A stretch of 63,265 nt of DNA from Microbacterium sp. (GTDB taxonomy: Bacteria > Actinomycetota > Actinomycetes > Actinomycetales > Microbacteriaceae), in assembly GCA_036280835.1 (NCBI GenBank), contig DASUQB010000271.1, forward strand, positions 1 to 63,265. Direction: 5' to 3'. Below, one piece after another: positions 58,040 through 63,265 of this stretch. A model generated the notes under the pieces. The model was not told the DNA's origin, searched no databases, and saw only the letters and a list, made by a program, of their open reading frames with translations. The position numbers and the translations under genes were made by a program. Position 1 is the first letter of the stretch, and each line of letters begins with the position of its first letter.

Positions 58040-59472
58040 GCGGACAGACGCCGCCAGGACCGCCGAGCCCGGCGGCACCACCGCCCCCGCCCCCCGGGGG
58101 TGCGGCGACCCCGGCTCCCGCGCCGGCTCCCGCCCCCACGCCGGCACCTGCACCGGCCCCCGCACCGGCACCGGCTCCGGCTCCTGCTCCGGCACCTGCT
58201 CCCGCGCCTGCTCCGGGAGGGAGCGCCCCGACTCCGCCGGCGCCCGCGGGGGGAGGCCGGCCGTCCGTGCCGCCCGCTCCGGGCGGAACGCCCGCTCCCG
58301 GCGGAACGCCCGCTCCTGGCGGATCGCCCGCTCCTGGCGGAACGCCCGCTCCCGGCGGAACCACCGCCCCCGCCGCGGCGGCACCGGGATCCGGCGCCAT
58401 CCTGACGTTCTCGATGAAGGCCATCCAGCAGGAGGAGCGCAAGACGCTCGTCTTCGAGTACCACCGCGAGCAGGCCGTGACCCGCACCTACGCGCCGCAG
58501 TCGCTCATCGGCCTGCTGATCGACGATCTGACGGGTCCGGGACACTTCCTCGAGGTGGACCTCGACGATCCGTTCTTCCGCAGCCTCGACGTCGAGGTCT
58601 CGATGACGTCGGCGTTCGAGCCGATCGGGCTCCAGTCCGTCGCGGTCGCGCTCGACTACAGCGACGCGGACCACCCGCAGCGGCACCGCCACGCCGACCT
58701 CGTGTTCGATGCGGCGCGACCGCAGCCGCAGCACTGGATCGTGCCCATCGGCGACGACTACGACCTCGGCTTCCGTCCGCGGATCGAATACCACTTCGAC
58801 CCGCAGAGCGGCTGGGCAGCCGAAAGGAACGAGGTGGTGATCGAGCCCGGTCGCACCGAGGATCGCACTCTGCAGCTCGATCCCACCCAGCACGTCGGAT
58901 TCATCGCCGTCGAGGTGCGCCCGGGCCGGCTCGACCCCCTCGAGGTCGAGTCGGTGGAGGTCACCCTCTCGCATGCGTCCTCCACGGGCTGGTCGACCAC
59001 CCGCACGATCGAGATGCGGGCCGACAGCGCGCCGGAGTCCTGGCGCGTGCGCACCGCAGGCCCCGATGAGGTCGGGTACACGGTGCAGACCACCTATCAC
59101 CTCGTGGGCGGCGGCACGATCGTCCGGGAGCCGATCGGCTCCACCGCCGGCGTGTTCGCCGTGACGACTCCGTTCTCCGCGCGGGTGAACCGGCGGATCG
59201 ACTTCGCCGTTCCTGCGGGGCAGTTCGCCACGGTGATCGTGGATGTCGGCTACGACGACGGCACGCACCGCGTGGCGCGGCGCCTCGAACTCGACGGCTC
59301 GGCGCTGGCTCCGACGCGGGTCGAGATGGGGATCGTGGACCCGACACGGCGGGAGACCACGACGCAGGTGACCCTTCTGGGTGCCGATGGGGCGGTGGTG
59401 CGCGGAGCGCCGTTCATCGGCGAGGCCGAGTTCCTGAGCGTCGGGCCCGACGGCACAGTGACCGGAGGCTGA
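58036..59472 (+). CDS. Hypothetical protein G: Pro/Ala-rich leader plus the C-terminal half of a paralog
   Basis: RBS AGGAGG and ATGA overlap; YAPQ and EVDLDDPFF followed by beta-rich modules. Confidence 0.82.
   Translation: MSGQTPPGPPSPAAPPPPPPGGAATPAPAPAPAPTPAPAPAPAPAPAPAPAPAPAPAPAPGGSAPTPPAPAGGGRPSVPPAPGGTPAPGGTPAPGGSPAPGGTPAPGGTTAPAAAAPGSGAILTFSMKAIQQEERKTLVFEYHREQAVTRTYAPQSLIGLLIDDLTGPGHFLEVDLDDPFFRSLDVEVSMTSAFEPIGLQSVAVALDYSDADHPQRHRHADLVFDAARPQPQHWIVPIGDDYDLGFRPRIEYHFDPQSGWAAERNEVVIEPGRTEDRTLQLDPTQHVGFIAVEVRPGRLDPLEVESVEVTLSHASSTGWSTTRTIEMRADSAPESWRVRTAGPDEVGYTVQTTYHLVGGGTIVREPIGSTAGVFAVTTPFSARVNRRIDFAVPAGQFATVIVDVGYDDGTHRVARRLELDGSALAPTRVEMGIVDPTRRETTTQVTLLGADGAVVRGAPFIGEAEFLSVGPDGTVTGG
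58272..58361 (+). repeat. 5 x 18-bp coding tandem repeat (PAPGGT/S)
   Basis: GCCCGCTCCnGGCGGA(A/T)C repeated five times. Confidence 0.9.
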
Positions 59473-59473
59473 G

Positions 59474-60538
59474 GTGGAAGCGACGATCTCCGCGATCTCG
59501 GCCGGCGAACGACCGCTGGCCGCTCTCCTCGAGCGCGCCGCGGTCGTCCACCCCGAGGGCGTCGAGCGGGCGCGAAGGGAGCTCGAGGTGACGCTCCACG
59601 CCACCCGGGCATCCGCCATCGGAGAGCTCGCGTGGCGCGCCAGCTGCCTGACTCCCCTTCGCTGCCCCGTAGAGGTCGCCGTCACCTCGGCCCGGGCGGA
59701 GCTGCGCACGGTCGTCGACGTCGTCGCCCCCGAGGGCGACCGCCGGACGGCGCTCGACACGGCGATCGAGCTCGCCGGTCGTTTCGGCGCCGCCGGCCTC
59801 ACGCCGCGGTCGCTCGCGGCGATCAGGGCGCACCAGCGCGGCATCCCGCTGCGGTTCGGGGCGTGGCTCGGCAGCCGCCACGAGGCGGCGGGCACCCGGC
59901 ACAAGGTGTACGTCGAGACGGGTTCGGATGCCGATGCCTGGCGCCTGGTCGACAGTCTCGCTCCGGATGCGCGGCGCGTGCTGTCGAACGTGGGCCCCAT
60001 CCGCTTCCTCGGCCTGCCCCTGGACGGGTCGGGCGACGTCGAGGTGTACGTCCGCCCGCCGCTGCTGGACGACCAGCTGCTCGGAGCCTGTCTCGGGCGG
60101 GCGGGGCTGGGTCGCTTCGCCGAGCCGATGAGCGCCGCGATGACCGGTGGTCGCCCGAACGGGCTCGGGGGGCGCAATCACGGCCTCAGCGTCTCCGTCA
60201 AGGACGGCGTCGTCGCCGCAGTCGCCGGCTTCACCTTCGCGCGCCAGCGCCACCGGCTCGATCACCGCGTGCGCACAGCGGTGCTCGCTCGAGCCATCGC
60301 AGAGCGGTGGCCCTCGCTCGACCTCTACGAGTGCATCTCGCGGCCCCTCGCCGCACCCCGGCCGATGGGACGGCCCGTGCACACCGTGCTCTCCGAGGTC
60401 GCAGCGGCAGGCGCCGAGCACCTCGAACATCACATCGGGCTCGCGCCCCCTGCGTCATGGCAGGCGGATGCGGTCCACACGTCGGGTCCGATCGGTCCCG
60501 CGACCTCCCCCTATGAAAGTGAAGGAGTCCGATCATGA
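59474..60538 (+). CDS. Hypothetical protein, possible ABBA/DMATS-like prenyltransferase fold
   Basis: S-x-LT..PVE..LR, FGAW...KVY and FLGL...VEVY recall actinobacterial DMATS-family strands; fold call is tentative. Confidence 0.5.
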   Translation: MEATISAISAGERPLAALLERAAVVHPEGVERARRELEVTLHATRASAIGELAWRASCLTPLRCPVEVAVTSARAELRTVVDVVAPEGDRRTALDTAIELAGRFGAAGLTPRSLAAIRAHQRGIPLRFGAWLGSRHEAAGTRHKVYVETGSDADAWRLVDSLAPDARRVLSNVGPIRFLGLPLDGSGDVEVYVRPPLLDDQLLGACLGRAGLGRFAEPMSAAMTGGRPNGLGGRNHGLSVSVKDGVVAAVAGFTFARQRHRLDHRVRTAVLARAIAERWPSLDLYECISRPLAAPRPMGRPVHTVLSEVAAAGAEHLEHHIGLAPPASWQADAVHTSGPIGPATSPYESEGVRS

Positions 60539-61638
60539 AGCAGATCACGCTGGAGAATCTCCACTGCACCACCACCGAGGACTGGCTCGGGTCCGACGAA
60601 TGCCGGCTGGAGGTGTACAACGACGGAGAGCTCCACTTCGCGTACCGCCATGACCTCAACGACGACGAGAACTGGGCGCTGAACGCCTCGCTGCTGTTCG
60701 CGAGCACCTGCACGCTCCGCCTCTTCGATGAGGACGGCGACGTGCCGGGCGACGACGACGATGCCCTCGGTGTGGTGAGCATCGGAACGGCGGACGTGCA
60801 GCACGCGACGGCGACGTTCCGCGAGGACGACGCCGATTTCACGCTCACCTACTCGGTGATCGATCGCCCGGACATCTCGCAGAACGACGTCGCCACCTTC
60901 GCGATCGACCAGTTCGAGGCATCCACCGCGCCCGGCGTCTGGCCGCAGCTGTCGAAGGCCGACATCATCCAGGATCTGCGTGAGCGCCGCTGGAATCCGA
61001 CGGCCATCAACCAGGTCAACTCGAACTTCTGCGGGCCGACATCCATCGTCTTCGAACTCGCGCGCACCCAGCCCCGCCGCTATGCCGACCTCTGCCGCCA
61101 GCTCTACGAGACCGGCGGGTTCTGGTCGCGCACGCACCGCGTCGACGCCCCGCAGGGGCTGCGCGACACGCACGCGGGCCAGAACATGCGTCCCGCGGAC
61201 TGGATGCTGATCTCGACCATGCGCAATGACGAGAACGCCCTGTTCGGCGTCTCGCCGACCTCCAGCGGCCTGACCTCGCAGGTCGAGGGCATGACGACGC
61301 CGTGGGAGATGGAGGGGTGGACGAGCGAGCTGCTGCTCAAGGACAACGTGAGCAACAGCACGACGTTCGTGTGGGGCGAGTTCGACGCCATCCGGCATGC
61401 GCATCAGGTGTGGGCGGGCGGCGGCAGCGCCTTCATCATGCTGCACTCCGACATGTTCGCCGCCCCGAACGGGATGGTGCCGCCCTGGCCCGACCACTGG
61501 GTGGTGTACGCCGGCGGACTCGACGAGAGCGGGGGCCGCATCAAGTTCACGGTGTATTCCTGGGGCAACATCTATCCGCTCGACCTCAGCCTGGATCACT
61601 TCGAGAACTGCATGTTCGGGATCGTGACGGGGTTCTGA
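60535..61638 (+). CDS. Putative papain-like cysteine peptidase with an acidic, C2-like N-terminal domain
   Basis: INQVNSNFCGP (Q-x5-C), DHWVV and YSWG; N-domain EDWLGSDE and LFDEDGD..DDDALG; ATGA overlap. Confidence 0.65.
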   Translation: MKQITLENLHCTTTEDWLGSDECRLEVYNDGELHFAYRHDLNDDENWALNASLLFASTCTLRLFDEDGDVPGDDDDALGVVSIGTADVQHATATFREDDADFTLTYSVIDRPDISQNDVATFAIDQFEASTAPGVWPQLSKADIIQDLRERRWNPTAINQVNSNFCGPTSIVFELARTQPRRYADLCRQLYETGGFWSRTHRVDAPQGLRDTHAGQNMRPADWMLISTMRNDENALFGVSPTSSGLTSQVEGMTTPWEMEGWTSELLLKDNVSNSTTFVWGEFDAIRHAHQVWAGGGSAFIMLHSDMFAAPNGMVPPWPDHWVVYAGGLDESGGRIKFTVYSWGNIYPLDLSLDHFENCMFGIVTGF

Positions 61639-61688
61639 TCGGGCTCCGGGGGTGGTGGCGGCTCGTCGTGCGCGGCCAGAATGGCGTG

Positions 61689-62255
61689 GTGAGCGAGCAC
61701 GAGCCGACATCGCCGCCATCCTCCGACCCCGCGGCGCTGCGCCAGGATCTGATGGCGGAGTACCAGGCGATCCTGAAGATCGTTTCCGAGTTCGACGGCC
61801 GGATCATGATCGTCAAGGGCTGGTCGGTGACGCTCTCGCTCGCGGGCCTCGCCCTGGCCTTTCAGACCCAGCACTGGGCGCTGTTCGCGCTGGCGAGCGC
61901 CACGGCGCTGGGCTTCTGGTACATGGAGACCATGATCAAGCGGCATCAGATGCGGTACTACCCGCGGATGAGGGAGATCGAGGTCGCGGCATACGAACTC
62001 AACAGGGTGCCGATCGAGGACGGCTCCTCCGTCTCGTCGCCCAAGATCGACTGGAAGTGGGGGTACACCGGCAGGGGTGCCGAGTACCCGGATGCCCCGA
62101 CGCGGCGCAGCCCCGCGGACCTGCGGCGGCTCCTGCGGCGGGCCCCGTGGATGGCGCACGTGCTCGTGCCGCACGCGATCGCCGTCGTGCTGGGCGTTCT
62201 GCTGTGCGTGCTCGTGCTGACCGGGGCCCCCGGGTTCGAGGGCTTCACGCTCTGA
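61689..62255 (+). CDS. Small membrane protein with about 3 TM helices
   Basis: VKGWSVTL TM1, GFWYME TM2 and a C-terminal TM; GTG start at 61686 or 61689. Confidence 0.75.
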   Translation: MSEHEPTSPPSSDPAALRQDLMAEYQAILKIVSEFDGRIMIVKGWSVTLSLAGLALAFQTQHWALFALASATALGFWYMETMIKRHQMRYYPRMREIEVAAYELNRVPIEDGSSVSSPKIDWKWGYTGRGAEYPDAPTRRSPADLRRLLRRAPWMAHVLVPHAIAVVLGVLLCVLVLTGAPGFEGFTL

Positions 62256-62310
62256 CGTCGGGGAACCCCGGCCTGTAGCGTGGGCGCACACCGCTCGTGG
62301 GGAGAAGCAC

Positions 62311-62535
62311 ATGACGCACGAACCGCCCGCCGCCGAGGTGACGATCAACGAGATCGCCGGAAGACTCGAAGCGCAGTTTCCGCAGTGCCCGGCAGCCACC
62401 GTCCGGGATGTCGTCGCCGAGGCGTACGACGAGCTCAAGGACGCGAAGGTGCGCGACTTCGTCGAGGTCCTCGTCGAGAAGCAGGCGAAGAAGCGGCTGA
62501 AGGCCCTGGCGAGCGGCTCGTCGCCGACTCCCTGA
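62311..62535 (+). CDS. Small helical-bundle protein (DUF3562-like)
   Basis: RLEAQFP...DAKVRDFVEVLVEKQAK pattern; RBS GGAG. Confidence 0.7.
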   Translation: MTHEPPAAEVTINEIAGRLEAQFPQCPAATVRDVVAEAYDELKDAKVRDFVEVLVEKQAKKRLKALASGSSPTP

Positions 62536-62626
62536 CGAGCGCCGCAGCGCCCAGCGCCACGCGGTGACGTCTCCGGGTGATCCACCCTCTCTTCACCTGG
62601 AACATCCCGCGGACTACCGTGGCACT

Positions 62627-63265
62627 GTGTCCGCTCCCGTGACCGATGCACGCACAGCTCACGCCGCCGGCGTCGAGCGGCTGCTCGAGAGCTACCGGGC
62701 CGTTCCTGCCACCGCCCCGGTGCGGCTCGCGAAGAAGACCTCGAATCTGTTCCGCTCCCGCAGGAGCACGCATGCCCCCGGGCTCGACGCCTCGGGGTTG
62801 ACCGACGTCATCGCCGTCGACCCGGCTGCGCGGACGGCCGATGTGGCCGGCATGTGCACGTACGAAGACCTGGTCGCCGCCACGCTGCCCTTCGGGCTCG
62901 CGCCGCTCGTCGTGCCGCAGCTCAAGACCATCACCCTCGGCGGCGCGGTCACCGGGCTGGGCATCGAGTCGACCTCGTTCCGCAACGGCCTGCCCCACGA
63001 GTCGGTGCAGGAGATGGACATCCTGACCGGCGCGGGCGAGCTGGTCACCGCATCGCTCCGGGACCACGAGGACCTCTATCGCGCCTTCCCCAACTCGTAC
63101 GGGACGCTGGGGTACGCCGTGCGCCTGCGCATCGAGCTGGAAGAAGTGCAGCCCTTCGTCGCGCTGACGCACCTCAGCTTCCGCTCGCTCGACGCGTTGG
63201 TGGAGGCGATGGTCCGCATCGTCGACACCGGGAGCTTCGACGGCGCACCGGTGGACTACCTCGAC
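62627..63265 (+). CDS. FAD-binding oxidoreductase (Rv3719/BfaA-like), 5' part truncated by the window end
   Basis: Read manually: VRLAKKTSNLFR, VVPQLKTITLGGAVTGLGIES and NSYGTLGY; missing from the ORF track because there is no stop in the window. Confidence 0.85.
   Translation, partial: MSAPVTDARTAHAAGVERLLESYRAVPATAPVRLAKKTSNLFRSRRSTHAPGLDASGLTDVIAVDPAARTADVAGMCTYEDLVAATLPFGLAPLVVPQLKTITLGGAVTGLGIESTSFRNGLPHESVQEMDILTGAGELVTASLRDHEDLYRAFPNSYGTLGYAVRLRIELEEVQPFVALTHLSFRSLDALVEAMVRIVDTGSFDGAPVDYLD

Noticed and set aside
58100-58361. Tandem repeats as a CRISPR array
   Set aside because: In-frame coding repeats with no unique spacers and no cas genes
46245-61638. Prophage, eCIS/T6SS or T7SS identity for the operon
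   Set aside because: No recognisable sheath, tube, baseplate, VgrG/PAAR, terminase, FtsK ATPase or WXG motifs; remote homology cannot be excluded without a structure search

Overview
High-GC actinobacterial DNA (gene content suggests Microbacteriaceae; inferred, not determined). Three blocks are visible. (1) ~1-14 kb is a sucrose/levan locus: GH68 fructosyltransferase, two LevB-like GH32 enzymes, an intracellular fructosidase, fructokinase, a sugar ABC transporter and two paralogous LacI regulators sharing an AAATCGATT operator. (2) ~14-44.5 kb is an arabinoside/hemicellulose locus: GH121-like, GH127, GH146-like and three GH43 enzymes, an ABC transporter and three LacI genes. Five secreted proteins here end in the same ~95-aa two-cysteine 'RCVAGK...C' domain and sit among two WxL-like proteins and a small anchored protein, a candidate surface enzyme-display system. 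(3) ~46.2-62.3 kb is a tightly packed operon of nine hypothetical genes plus a downstream membrane-protein gene. Seven of them belong to one unrecognised, signal-peptide-less paralog family (one member split in two, one reduced to a single domain), followed by an ABBA-prenyltransferase-like gene and a papain-like cysteine peptidase. This operon is the best candidate for an undescribed system. No rRNA, tRNA, CRISPR array, integrase or transposase was seen. All family assignments come from motif recognition by eye; no database search was run.
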